Both the position numbers and the translations under genes were made by a program. From Candidatus Colimorpha pelethequi (GTDB lineage Bacteria > Bacteroidota > Bacteroidia > Bacteroidales > P3): a stretch of 64,000 bases of DNA. The DNA lies in NCBI GenBank assembly GCA_018064245.1, contig JAGHVO010000004.1:42078-106077 (forward strand). Reading direction: 5' to 3'. Under the pieces are notes generated by a model. It saw nothing but the letters and a program-made list of their open reading frames with translations, had not been told where the DNA came from and did not search any database. This document shows positions 35,802-43,993 of this stretch, piece by piece. Position 1 is the stretch's first letter. Each line of letters opens with the position of its first letter.

Positions 35802-36730
35802 CCCTCCTTATTATTTATTTCAACATTCGACAATGTATCTTCGTTCCATTTCAATGGATTATTTACAATATATTCGGCAATTCGGCGGTATTCCATTTCA
35901 TTGCGGATGATATGGTCGTGATAATTGGCCTGCCACAATGGATTGTTTTTGTTGAATTTTTGATACACGTTCGTGTGGTTGCCGCATTGGTTGTCACGTC
36001 GTAGAGACGCACGGCCGTGCGTCTCTACGGTGCCGTGCGTTCCAACGGTGTCGTGCGTCCCAATGGTGCCGTGCGTTCCAACGGTGCCGTGCGTTCCAAC
36101 GGTGCCGTGCGTTCCAATGGTGTCGTGCGTTCCAATGGTGCCGTGCGTTCCAACGGTGCCGTGCGTCCCAACGGTGTCGTGCGTCCCAACGGTGTCGTGC
36201 GCCCCAACGGTGCCGTGCGCCCATACGTGGGCGTGCGTCCCCGCGTGGTCATCATCCGCATAACCATCACCCATGTGTTCGCCGTTCATGTTGTCAATCC
36301 AATCATCGATGCGGTTTATCGCAGACGATTTGAATCCTGCCACAAATGACGATATTGATTTTGGTTCGCGTTGTAGAGACGCACGGCCATATTGTAGAGA
36401 CGCACGGCCGTGCGTCTCTACAATACGGCCGTGGTCATCGTTATCCAATATCAAAATGGCGTGTATATGATTTGGCATAATCACATATTCACCCAAATAT
36501 AATTCATCACGCATTTCGAATGATTTCAGGAATTCGGCATTGACGATTTCTCCAATATTGTTCAATATCATTTGTCCATCAACAATTTTTCCAAATATCT
36601 GTTTGCGGTCATTTGTGACAATGGTAATGAAATAACATCCGTTTTGTGCATAATTCCATCCTCTCAATCGGTTTGAGGGAATTCTGTATTTGTTTAGGTA
36701 TCTGTCCGAACCGTTTATATCCATACTCAT
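35798..36730 (-). CDS. RAYT-like / IS200-type Y1 HUH protein with in-frame repeat insertions
   Basis: HUH motif in YVIMPNHIHAILIL and Tyr motif in LWQANYHDHIIRNE. ATGA overlaps with both neighbouring genes. (GTHGTV)n and ETHGRASLQ segments lie between the two motifs. Confidence 0.8.
   Translation of the reverse strand: MSMDINGSDRYLNKYRIPSNRLRGWNYAQNGCYFITIVTNDRKQIFGKIVDGQMILNNIGEIVNAEFLKSFEMRDELYLGEYVIMPNHIHAILILDNDDHGRIVETHGRASLQYGRASLQREPKSISSFVAGFKSSAINRIDDWIDNMNGEHMGDGYADDDHAGTHAHVWAHGTVGAHDTVGTHDTVGTHGTVGTHGTIGTHDTIGTHGTVGTHGTVGTHGTIGTHDTVGTHGTVETHGRASLRRDNQCGNHTNVYQKFNKNNPLWQANYHDHIIRNEMEYRRIAEYIVNNPLKWNEDTLSNVEINNKEG
36001..36028. repeat. perfect 28-bp palindrome GTAGAGACGCACGG|CCGTGCGTCTCTAC (REP-like) inside the RAYT-like ORF
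   Basis: Self-complementary, read directly. Confidence 0.9.
36029..36247. repeat. 18-bp tandem array (about 12 units of GGTGCCGTGCGTTCCAAC-like) inside the RAYT-like ORF
   Basis: Period-18 repeats with point variants. Each unit contains CCGTGCGT, which is the right arm of the adjacent palindrome. Confidence 0.9.
36371..36424. repeat. half copy plus perfect 34-bp palindrome ATTGTAGAGACGCACGG|CCGTGCGTCTCTACAAT inside the RAYT-like ORF
   Basis: TTGTAGAGACGCACGGCC at 36371-36388, then the full palindrome at 36391-36424. Confidence 0.9.
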
Positions 36731-37836
36731 TCTTCCTTTCCATTTAGTTCGTTATATTCCTCAATCCACTCACGCAGTTTCTGCTGCAGCAAAGCCTTGT
36801 CGGGCAAGCAGAGGGCGTACTGCTGGGCGTAGATGTTGGCATCTTGTGGTAGCGTCAACTCTACGAGGGCGTCATTCTTGCTCGGGCAAAGCAAGATACC
36901 TATGGTAGGTTTCTCAAACTCCAATCGCTTGTATCGGTCGAAATAGTTCACATACATGAGCATCTGACCAAGATCCTGATGTGACAACTTATCTACCTTC
37001 AAGTCAACGAGTACGTAGCATTGCAGGATGCGATTGTAAAGCACAAGGTCGACATAGAAATTGTCCTCATCGAAAGTGAACCGTTTCTGGCGCCCCTCAA
37101 ACAGGAACCCCTTGCCACACTCCAGAAGGAAATCCTCTATCTTGTCGAGAATTGCTGTTTCAAGTTTATTTTCAGTATATGCAGCTTCTGGTTTCAAACC
37201 CACAAACTCAAGCACCAAAGGATTCTTGATGATGTCGGATGGTTTTTCGATGGTCTGACCTTCGGTCGCGAGTCGCATCACCTCAGCCTTATCTCGACTC
37301 AGAGCCAGACGTTCGTAAAGACTGCTGCTAACTTGCCGTTGCAGTTGCCGTTTACTCCATTGTTGATTATATGCCTCTAGCTCATAGAAACTACGAGCAT
37401 CAGGATTATCTTCTCGCATTATGATTTGATAATGTGTCCAAGGCAATATGAATGAAGGATTTGCTGACCGCTGGTCATCATTTTGATTTTGCTGACCACT
37501 GGTTAGCATTTTAGAATACACCATATAAAACTGGCGCATACTACGCAAGTTAGCATACGACCATCCTGCTCCATACTTCTCCGTCAGTCTTGCTGATAGT
37601 CGCTTCAACACGCCCTTGCCATACTCTGCCCGGGAATTACCCCCCTGCTCAAACTCCACTATATACTGCCCCACGCCATAGTAGGTATAAACCATTGCGC
37701 TGTTCACGGTCTTTGCTATTTGCGTGCGGCTCTCATCAATGAGATTGGCAATGTGATCAAACAGAGTGTCTTCAGAAACTATCGCCGAATTCAACTTTCC
37801 GATGTCTTTATTTTCCTTCATGGTTTTATTCTCCAA
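36727..37836 (-). CDS. DUF1016/YhcG-family PD-(D/E)XK nuclease domain protein
   Basis: 369 aa. The N-terminal region ...TVNSAMVYTYYGVGQYIVEFEQGG..RAEYGKGVLKRLS..L and the C-terminal YVDLVLYN....CYVLVDLKVDKL nuclease core are typical of YhcG. Confidence 0.8.
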   Translation of the reverse strand: MENKTMKENKDIGKLNSAIVSEDTLFDHIANLIDESRTQIAKTVNSAMVYTYYGVGQYIVEFEQGGNSRAEYGKGVLKRLSARLTEKYGAGWSYANLRSMRQFYMVYSKMLTSGQQNQNDDQRSANPSFILPWTHYQIIMREDNPDARSFYELEAYNQQWSKRQLQRQVSSSLYERLALSRDKAEVMRLATEGQTIEKPSDIIKNPLVLEFVGLKPEAAYTENKLETAILDKIEDFLLECGKGFLFEGRQKRFTFDEDNFYVDLVLYNRILQCYVLVDLKVDKLSHQDLGQMLMYVNYFDRYKRLEFEKPTIGILLCPSKNDALVELTLPQDANIYAQQYALCLPDKALLQQKLREWIEEYNELNGKEE

Positions 37837-39529
37837 ACAATTCTTTCAAGTTCTTTTCAATCTCACTCTCCAATGTCTTCGCCTCGTTGGAGAGGGCAGA
37901 GAACTCACTATTGAGGTTGAGTATTTCGGCACGGAACTCTTCTTCCGTCATTCCATCATCCTCAATCACCACGCCCACATAGCGGCCAGCATTGAGGCTG
38001 TAGTCGTTGTCGATGATGCCATCCTCGCCATCCAGTTTGGCAACTTTGCACAATCCTATCACATCCTGGTATTTGCCATCGGGCCAACGCTTCAGAAGCC
38101 AATCTATCTGCGCTTGCCAGTAGTTATCGTTTTCGTTATCGTTGAGACGAGTCTTGTACTCGTCGATCAATGCCCAGAATGCATCGCTGTCACCCTCATA
38201 GAGGCGGCTGATGATGCCAAGGTTCTTGATCTGCTCGTCAGAGAATTTGCGATGAGCCCTATCTACCTGTGTGAAGATATTGCGAGCATCAATGAAGAGA
38301 ATCTCATCACGCTTGGTTCTTTGCTTGTTGAAGAACCAAAGTGTGGCAGGGAGCGTAACAGTTGAGAACATATTGCTTGGGAGCGTCACCATCTGACTGA
38401 TGATGCCATCCTCTATCATCTTCTTACGTATCTCCAGTTCTGAGCCACCAGCATCGCTTGCAGAGTTCGCCATTACAAGTGCCGCCTTGCCATTGTCATT
38501 AAGTGCTGTAGCGAAATAGCCAATCCACAAATAGTTGGCATTAGGTACGGTTTCCTTCTTGTCTCCCGATTTTTTGCCAGAGTTTGTCTTGTTGCGAGGC
38601 ACTCCGTAGGTATTGAAACGGGCATCGCCAACCACTTTCTCCACAACCACCTCATCGACATTAAACGGCGGATTTGCCATCACATAGTCGAACTGACCGA
38701 ATGCACTATATGGGTCGCTATAGAAGGAGTTCGCTTCTGTAATCTCACCACGTATATTGTTAAGCAAAAGGTTCATCTTTGCCAACTTCACGGTGTCGGG
38801 TTCCTTCTCCACACCATAGCAACGGAAATGCATCATTTCGTCGTTTGTTGCATTATGACGATGCATGTAGCGAGCCGCCTGTACGAACATACCGCCCGAA
38901 CCGCAAGCTGGGTCAAGGAATTTCTTGTCACCAGTTGTTGGCTGAAGCACTTCTACCATATATTGTACTACGCTGGCAGGAGTATAGAATGCTCCACCAC
39001 CCTGACCTTCAGCAAGAGCAAAGTTGCCAAGGAAGTACTCATAAATCTGACCAAAGATGTCAATACTGATGTCTTCCGGAATATCTTTGAACACTCGAAC
39101 AATACGACTCAAAAGTTCTGGTTCCTCTTCGGGAACCAACTGACCATACACTTCCTTTGGCAACACACCTTCCATTCGTGGATTCTCACGTTCGATGGCT
39201 TCCATGGCACGCTTCACGAGCAATGCTTTGTTGGCATCGTCTGGAGCATCGTTCAGGTAGTCAAAGTAGGCACATTCTGGAAGGTAGAAACCGCATTTCT
39301 CTACTGCAACATCTTTGTATTCCTTCTCCATACGAGTACCCTTATACTGATTGTACTCAGCATCAATCTCTTCTTTGTGCTGTTTGAAAAGCACATCCGC
39401 ATAACGAAGGAAGATTAAGCCAAGGATTGGCTGCCCGTACTTGTTGGCTGCCAAGTGGGCACCTGCACGAAGCATATCTGCCGAGTGCCAGAGGTTATCT
39501 TTAAGTGTTTTGAGTTCTATGTCTGTCAT
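37826..39529 (-). CDS. hsdM: Type I restriction-modification N6-adenine DNA methyltransferase subunit
   Basis: 567 aa. HsdM N-terminal domain, SAM motif LDPACGSGGMF and catalytic NPPF. Confidence 0.95.
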   Translation of the reverse strand: MTDIELKTLKDNLWHSADMLRAGAHLAANKYGQPILGLIFLRYADVLFKQHKEEIDAEYNQYKGTRMEKEYKDVAVEKCGFYLPECAYFDYLNDAPDDANKALLVKRAMEAIERENPRMEGVLPKEVYGQLVPEEEPELLSRIVRVFKDIPEDISIDIFGQIYEYFLGNFALAEGQGGGAFYTPASVVQYMVEVLQPTTGDKKFLDPACGSGGMFVQAARYMHRHNATNDEMMHFRCYGVEKEPDTVKLAKMNLLLNNIRGEITEANSFYSDPYSAFGQFDYVMANPPFNVDEVVVEKVVGDARFNTYGVPRNKTNSGKKSGDKKETVPNANYLWIGYFATALNDNGKAALVMANSASDAGGSELEIRKKMIEDGIISQMVTLPSNMFSTVTLPATLWFFNKQRTKRDEILFIDARNIFTQVDRAHRKFSDEQIKNLGIISRLYEGDSDAFWALIDEYKTRLNDNENDNYWQAQIDWLLKRWPDGKYQDVIGLCKVAKLDGEDGIIDNDYSLNAGRYVGVVIEDDGMTEEEFRAEILNLNSEFSALSNEAKTLESEIEKNLKELFGE

Positions 39530-39536
39530 AGGTGTA

Positions 39537-39740
39537 TTACATTTGGGTGTCGTTAAGGAGATATTTCACATCAACTTCAAGAAGTTTTGCTATCTTGTCT
39601 AAAGTCTGCAAGTCTGGTTGAATACTGTTACTGCACCACTTGCTAACGGTGCATGGTGTTTTGCCAATCTCTTCTGCTAGCCACTTGCCGGTTTTACCCT
39701 TTTCTACAAGGACAACCTTGATTCTATTTAGATTTGCCAT
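39537..39740 (-). CDS. XRE-family helix-turn-helix transcriptional regulator (candidate controller of the hsd operon)
   Basis: MANLNRIKVVLVEKGKTGKWLAEEIGKTPCTVSKWCSN. It sits 7 nt upstream of hsdM. The ATG at 39740 fits the -7 box at 39768-39775. Confidence 0.8.
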   Translation of the reverse strand: MANLNRIKVVLVEKGKTGKWLAEEIGKTPCTVSKWCSNSIQPDLQTLDKIAKLLEVDVKYLLNDTQM

Positions 39741-39767
39741 ATTGGTATAATTGATTATAATTTGATG

Positions 39768-39775
39768 CAAAGGTA
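39768..39775 (-). promoter_or_regulatory. candidate -7 promoter box (TACCTTTG) for the HTH-hsd operon
   Basis: Plus-strand CAAAGGTA lies 28 nt upstream of the ATG at 39740. Confidence 0.45.
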
Positions 39776-39933
39776 TCAAAATTCTATGACATAAACGATT
39801 GTTCTGCTAAGAAAAGTTACGCAAGGTCCTATAATTTCACGGAAATTTTTAGGGATTGCCACCTGAAAATCCCACTTTTCGGTGTTTTTTTTATCTAATT
39901 GTTGAAACGACAATGAGGTTCGTTTTTATTTCG

Positions 39934-39941
39934 TATCTTTG
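39934..39941 (+). promoter_or_regulatory. candidate -7 promoter box (TATCTTTG) for the kinase gene
   Basis: ATTTCGTATCTTTGCA lies 21 nt upstream of the ATG at 39962. The same 16-mer occurs at the glnA promoter candidate. Confidence 0.45.
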
Positions 39942-39961
39942 CACTTTAAATCTAAAAAATA

Positions 39962-41650
39962 ATGGAAAAGATAGAAGTCGTTATCGTAAACAATTCGAAG
40001 AGAAAAAAAGTAGAACAGGGTACTTCTTTGGCCGAGTTGGCGAAGGATTTTGGTGGCGTTTTGAAGGATCGCGAAAACCGTGACCCTTATCCCATCCTCG
40101 GCGCGTTGGTCAACAACGAGGTGCGTCCACTCTCTTACAAAATATACAACCCTAAGACCATCAGGTTTTTCAGTATCAAGCATCGCCAGGGTTGGCGTAT
40201 GTATCAGAACTCGCTGCGTTTTATGCTCTACAAGGCTGTGCGCGACTGTTTCCCCGAGGCAAAATTGATCATCGACCATACTTTGCAGAATGGGTTCTAC
40301 TTCCGACTCCAAAACATGGGTACGGAACACGAGCAGCTGGAGGTATGCAAAACGCTGCGTGGCTATATGATTGAACTGCAGCGCAAGGACTTGCCCTTTG
40401 AGAACAAGACCATGCTGCTTGAGGATGCCAAGGAACTTATCCGCCACGAGGGAATGCCCGAAACGGAACGTCTGTTTGAAGGCTTGACGCAGATGTACAT
40501 CGAGATGCAGTTCTTGGGAGGCACGGTTCACAAGACTTCTACCGAGTTGGCTCCCTCCACAGGTTGCATCCGTTGCTGGGATTTGCGTCCCTTCGCTGAG
40601 GGCTATCTGCTCCAGTGCGCCGATCCCGACTATCCCGAAAAGCTCAACCTCTATCAGGAAACTCCCAAGCTTTTCAATATTTTCCAGGAACACCACCGCT
40701 GGGCCGACCTCTTGAAGGTGCCTACCATTATGGATCTCAACCGTGTGGTGCGTGATGGCGGCTCTAACCACCTCATTCATGTCGCCGAAGCGTTGCATGA
40801 AAAGAAATATGCCGAAATTGCCGAGATGATCTACAGCAAGAAAGACTCCGTGAAGATGGTGCTTCTGGCGGGTCCCTCTTCGTCGGGCAAGACCACCAGC
40901 TGTCGCCGCTTGAGCGTACAGCTGAGCGTGCTGGGCTTCGACGTGCAGCAGATCTCTTTGGACGACTATTTCGTATGCCGTGCGCGTACGCCTAAGTTGC
41001 CCAATGGCGAATACGACTTCGAGAATGTCAACGCATTGGACATCCCTCTGCTGAATGAACATCTGTTGCGGCTCTTCGCTGGCGAGCGTGTGGAAATTCC
41101 CACTTTCGATTTTATCAAGGGTGATCCCTATTTTAGTGGCAAGAGTCTCCAGATGAAAGAGGACAGCATCCTCTTGGTGGAAGGTATCCATGCCTTGAAT
41201 CCACTGCTGACAGCCCAAATCGACGACTCGCTGAAGTTCAAGGTCTATGTGTCGGCTTTGACGCAGATTGCCATCGACGACCAGAACATCATCCACAGCA
41301 GCGACAATCGTTTGATTCGCCGCATGGTGCGCGACAACAACTATCGTGGCTGGGATGCCTACGACACCATCCATCGTTGGGAGGAGGTGCAGCGTGGCGA
41401 ACAGAAACACATCTTCCCTTATCAGGAGAACGCCGACGTGATGTTCAATTCCGCGTTGCTCTATGAGTTGGGTGTGTTGCGTGTGTTCGCGGAGCCTCTG
41501 CTGAAGAAGGTGCCGCACAACTGCGAGGAGTTCGCCGAGGCGCAGCGTCTGCTCAACTTCATCGAACTGATTGAACCTATCGATTCCAAGTGCATCCCTC
41601 CAACTTCTATCATGCGTGAGTTCCTGGGTGGCAGCAGTTTTGAGTATTAA
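39962..41650 (+). CDS. TGS-domain / uridine-kinase-like P-loop nucleoside kinase family protein
   Basis: 562 aa. N-terminal TGS-like fold, Walker A LLAGPSSSGKTT and a PRK/Udk-like C-terminal half. Confidence 0.8.
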   Translation: MEKIEVVIVNNSKRKKVEQGTSLAELAKDFGGVLKDRENRDPYPILGALVNNEVRPLSYKIYNPKTIRFFSIKHRQGWRMYQNSLRFMLYKAVRDCFPEAKLIIDHTLQNGFYFRLQNMGTEHEQLEVCKTLRGYMIELQRKDLPFENKTMLLEDAKELIRHEGMPETERLFEGLTQMYIEMQFLGGTVHKTSTELAPSTGCIRCWDLRPFAEGYLLQCADPDYPEKLNLYQETPKLFNIFQEHHRWADLLKVPTIMDLNRVVRDGGSNHLIHVAEALHEKKYAEIAEMIYSKKDSVKMVLLAGPSSSGKTTSCRRLSVQLSVLGFDVQQISLDDYFVCRARTPKLPNGEYDFENVNALDIPLLNEHLLRLFAGERVEIPTFDFIKGDPYFSGKSLQMKEDSILLVEGIHALNPLLTAQIDDSLKFKVYVSALTQIAIDDQNIIHSSDNRLIRRMVRDNNYRGWDAYDTIHRWEEVQRGEQKHIFPYQENADVMFNSALLYELGVLRVFAEPLLKKVPHNCEEFAEAQRLLNFIELIEPIDSKCIPPTSIMREFLGGSSFEY

Positions 41651-41682
41651 TTGGTGAATGGTAACTGGTAACTAATTACTTT

Positions 41683-41719
41683 TCAATTCAACAACTCAAC
41701 AATTCAACAAATCAACACA
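41683..41719. repeat. CAAATCAACA-family word array running into the aroK 5' end
   Basis: TCAATTCAACAACTCAACAATTCAACAAATCAACACA. Confidence 0.8.
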
Positions 41720-41740
41720 AGGCTCTATCTCATCGGTTAT

Positions 41741-42217
41741 ATGTACAGCGGGAAGACCACGCTGGGACGCCAGTTGGCAAAGCTGACGGGGTGGGACTTT
41801 GTGGATTTGGATGCTCTTTTCGAACAACGCTACCATACGGCTATCCCTCTTTTCTTCAGCCGATATGGCGAGTCGGCTTTTAGGAAACTGGAACGTCTTG
41901 TGCTGGAAAGCACGGAAAATATGGATCGTACCATCATCTCTACGGGTGGTGGCACGCCTTGCCAGGGCGACAATATGGACTGGATCCTGGCACATGGCAC
42001 GGCGGTATATCTTGAGATGGATGTCGATGCGGTGTGCCGTCGTATTCAGCGGTCGAAGAAAAACAGACCTTTGCTTATGGGTATGACACCTGAGCAACAA
42101 CGTGAGTTTGTGGAACGGCAACTCTCGCAGCGCATTCCTTTTTATTTACGGGCGCAACACAAGGCCAGCGGCGAAAATCCCGACTTGTCGGCAATTGTAA
42201 AAGACTTATTGAATTGA
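41741..42217 (+). CDS. aroK: shikimate kinase (true start probably upstream and non-ATG)
   Basis: GYMYSGKTTLGRQLA P-loop, and shikimate-kinase-like STGGG and LSQR segments. The first ATG (41741) falls inside the P-loop. Confidence 0.85.
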   Translation: MYSGKTTLGRQLAKLTGWDFVDLDALFEQRYHTAIPLFFSRYGESAFRKLERLVLESTENMDRTIISTGGGTPCQGDNMDWILAHGTAVYLEMDVDAVCRRIQRSKKNRPLLMGMTPEQQREFVERQLSQRIPFYLRAQHKASGENPDLSAIVKDLLN

Positions 42218-42252
42218 GAATTAGTCAAGGTCAAAGTTAACGTCAAGGTCAA
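42206..42252. repeat. composite word array (TTGAGAATT then degenerate AAGGTY)
   Basis: CTTATTGAATTGAGAATTAGTCAAGGTCAAAGTTAACGTCAAGGTCAA overlaps the aroK stop and ends 6 nt before the recN stop. Confidence 0.8.
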
Positions 42253-42258
42253 TTTCCC

Positions 42259-43905
42259 TCATTTCATCAGTTCCTTGGCGGTTTGCAAGGCCGATGCGGT
42301 GGGATTGTCGGACGAGAGCATGGTGGCTATCTCGGTGATCCGCTCTGCGTTGTCAAGCTCTTTGAGGTGCGAAATGGTGCGTGATGCTTCCACCTGTTTA
42401 TAGACTTTGAGGTGCTGCTGGGCGCGTGACGCAATCTGCGGCAAATGGGTGATGGCGATGACTTGCATGTGCTGTGCCATCTGTTGCATGATTTTGCCTA
42501 CGGCGAGGGAGATGTTGCCCGAAACGCCACTGTCTATCTCGTCAAAGATGATCGTGGGAAGCAATTGTTGTGCGGTAATCATGGATTTGACGGCAAGCAT
42601 GAGTCTCGACATCTCGCCACCGGAGGCGACCTTCGAGAGTTCTCGGAACGTACCTCCTTTGTTGGCGTTGAAAAGCGCTTGGATCGTATCGTGGCCTGTG
42701 GGACCGAAATCTGCCGCAGGACTGATGGAAATCTTTAGTTGCGCCTCACTCATTCCGAGTTGGTCGAGTGTGGGGGCGATTTGCTCTTGCAACTGTCTTG
42801 CGGCTTGTTGCCGCTGCGCTGTCAGCTGCTCGGCGAGGGTCTGCATCTGCGAGTAGGCTTTGTCCACCTCTTGCATGGCTTGCTGTATCTGCGCTTCGAT
42901 GTTGTTGAACGAGTTGAGCTGTCGCTCCAAATCCTCTTGTAGGTTGAGAAGTGCCTCTATGGTGTTGACTCCGTGCTTTTTTTGTAGTTTGTAGATGAGG
43001 TCGAGTCTGCCATTGACTTCTTCGAGACGCTGGGGATTGTATGCCAGATGGCTGTCGAGTTGGTTGATTTCCGAAACGATGTCTTTCAGGTCGATGAGTG
43101 CCGAGTCGAGCCGTTCGGCAAGTGTCTGTATGTCGCTGTGATACGAGGCGATATGTTGGAGCTGACTCTTGGCGGTGTTGAGGCGTGCCAGGGTGGAGTC
43201 TTCTTCGCTGTCGCACAGCTGGTTCACGGCGAGCAACGTCTCTTTGATGGTTTCGGTGTTTTGCAGCAGTTGCGACTCTTGCTCTAGGTCGGCTTGCTCA
43301 TCGACTTGCAGGCGGGCTTGTTGCAGTTCGTCAAACTGAAATTGCAGAAAGTCGGCTTCTTTGCGGTTCTTTGCGTCTAGTGCGGTAAGGTCTTCCAGCT
43401 GCTTTCTGCAAGCGCAGTAGTGTCGGTAGGCTTGCTGATAATCGGCAATGCAAGAATGTGCCATTGTGTCGAGAAGCTCGGCTTGGAAACTGCGGTCGCC
43501 CAACAGAAGCGTGGCATGTTGTGAATGGATGTCGAGGAGGTGCGCGCCGAGGGTTTTCAAAAAGGGAAGTTGTACGGGTGAGTCGTTGGCGAAGGCGCGC
43601 GATTTTCCGCTGGGAAGTATTTCGCGACGCAGCAAAAGCACGTCGTCATAGTCGATGTCGTTCTCTGTGAAAAGATTTTGAAGTTGCAGTCCTGAGATGT
43701 CGAATTCTGCTTCAACGATGCATTTTTTGTCGGGTTCTCCAAGCACTTGGGTGTCGGCACGCTGTCCCGTGAGCAGTCCTAAAGCGCCGAGAATGATGGA
43801 TTTGCCAGCGCCAGTCTCGCCTGTGATGGCAATGAATCCTTGTGAGAAGCAGATGTCGGTCTGCTGAATGAGCGCGTAGTTTTCTATGTGTAGGGAACGA
43901 AGCAT
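42259..43905 (-). CDS. recN: DNA repair protein RecN
   Basis: MLRSLHIENYALI...ITGETGAGKSIILGAL Walker A, a long coiled coil, and C-terminal SGGEMSRLMLA and IFDEIDSGVSG. Confidence 0.95.
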   Translation of the reverse strand: MLRSLHIENYALIQQTDICFSQGFIAITGETGAGKSIILGALGLLTGQRADTQVLGEPDKKCIVEAEFDISGLQLQNLFTENDIDYDDVLLLRREILPSGKSRAFANDSPVQLPFLKTLGAHLLDIHSQHATLLLGDRSFQAELLDTMAHSCIADYQQAYRHYCACRKQLEDLTALDAKNRKEADFLQFQFDELQQARLQVDEQADLEQESQLLQNTETIKETLLAVNQLCDSEEDSTLARLNTAKSQLQHIASYHSDIQTLAERLDSALIDLKDIVSEINQLDSHLAYNPQRLEEVNGRLDLIYKLQKKHGVNTIEALLNLQEDLERQLNSFNNIEAQIQQAMQEVDKAYSQMQTLAEQLTAQRQQAARQLQEQIAPTLDQLGMSEAQLKISISPAADFGPTGHDTIQALFNANKGGTFRELSKVASGGEMSRLMLAVKSMITAQQLLPTIIFDEIDSGVSGNISLAVGKIMQQMAQHMQVIAITHLPQIASRAQQHLKVYKQVEASRTISHLKELDNAERITEIATMLSSDNPTASALQTAKELMK

Positions 43906-43993
43906 CGAGGTCTATGTGTTGATTTGAAGATTTGGAGGGTTGAAGATTATCGAATTGAGAATTCGTTTTCGTATTCGTTACAAATCACTAATC

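Noticed and set aside
35973-36349. Several 76-110-aa ORFs in other frames or on the other strand across the 18-bp array (PCVPTV..., NGAVRS..., ARHRW... repeats)
   Set aside because: These are artefacts of a period-18 repeat being open in most frames. Only the frame that links the HUH and Tyr motifs and overlaps both neighbours by ATGA is credible.
26168-39800. Low-GC segment as an integrative element or prophage
   Set aside because: No integrase, recombinase, transfer or phage genes are present. No flanking tRNA or direct repeats were found by eye. I therefore treat it only as a compositionally atypical accessory segment.
39926-41518. 530-aa ORF on the minus strand, with no stops for 1.6 kb
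   Set aside because: It lies exactly antisense to the 562-aa TGS/uridine-kinase-like gene, which has clear motifs (Walker A, TGS) and a promoter box. The antisense translation is low-complexity (H/V/L/Q/R-rich) with no motifs. It is a shadow ORF typical of codon-biased genes.
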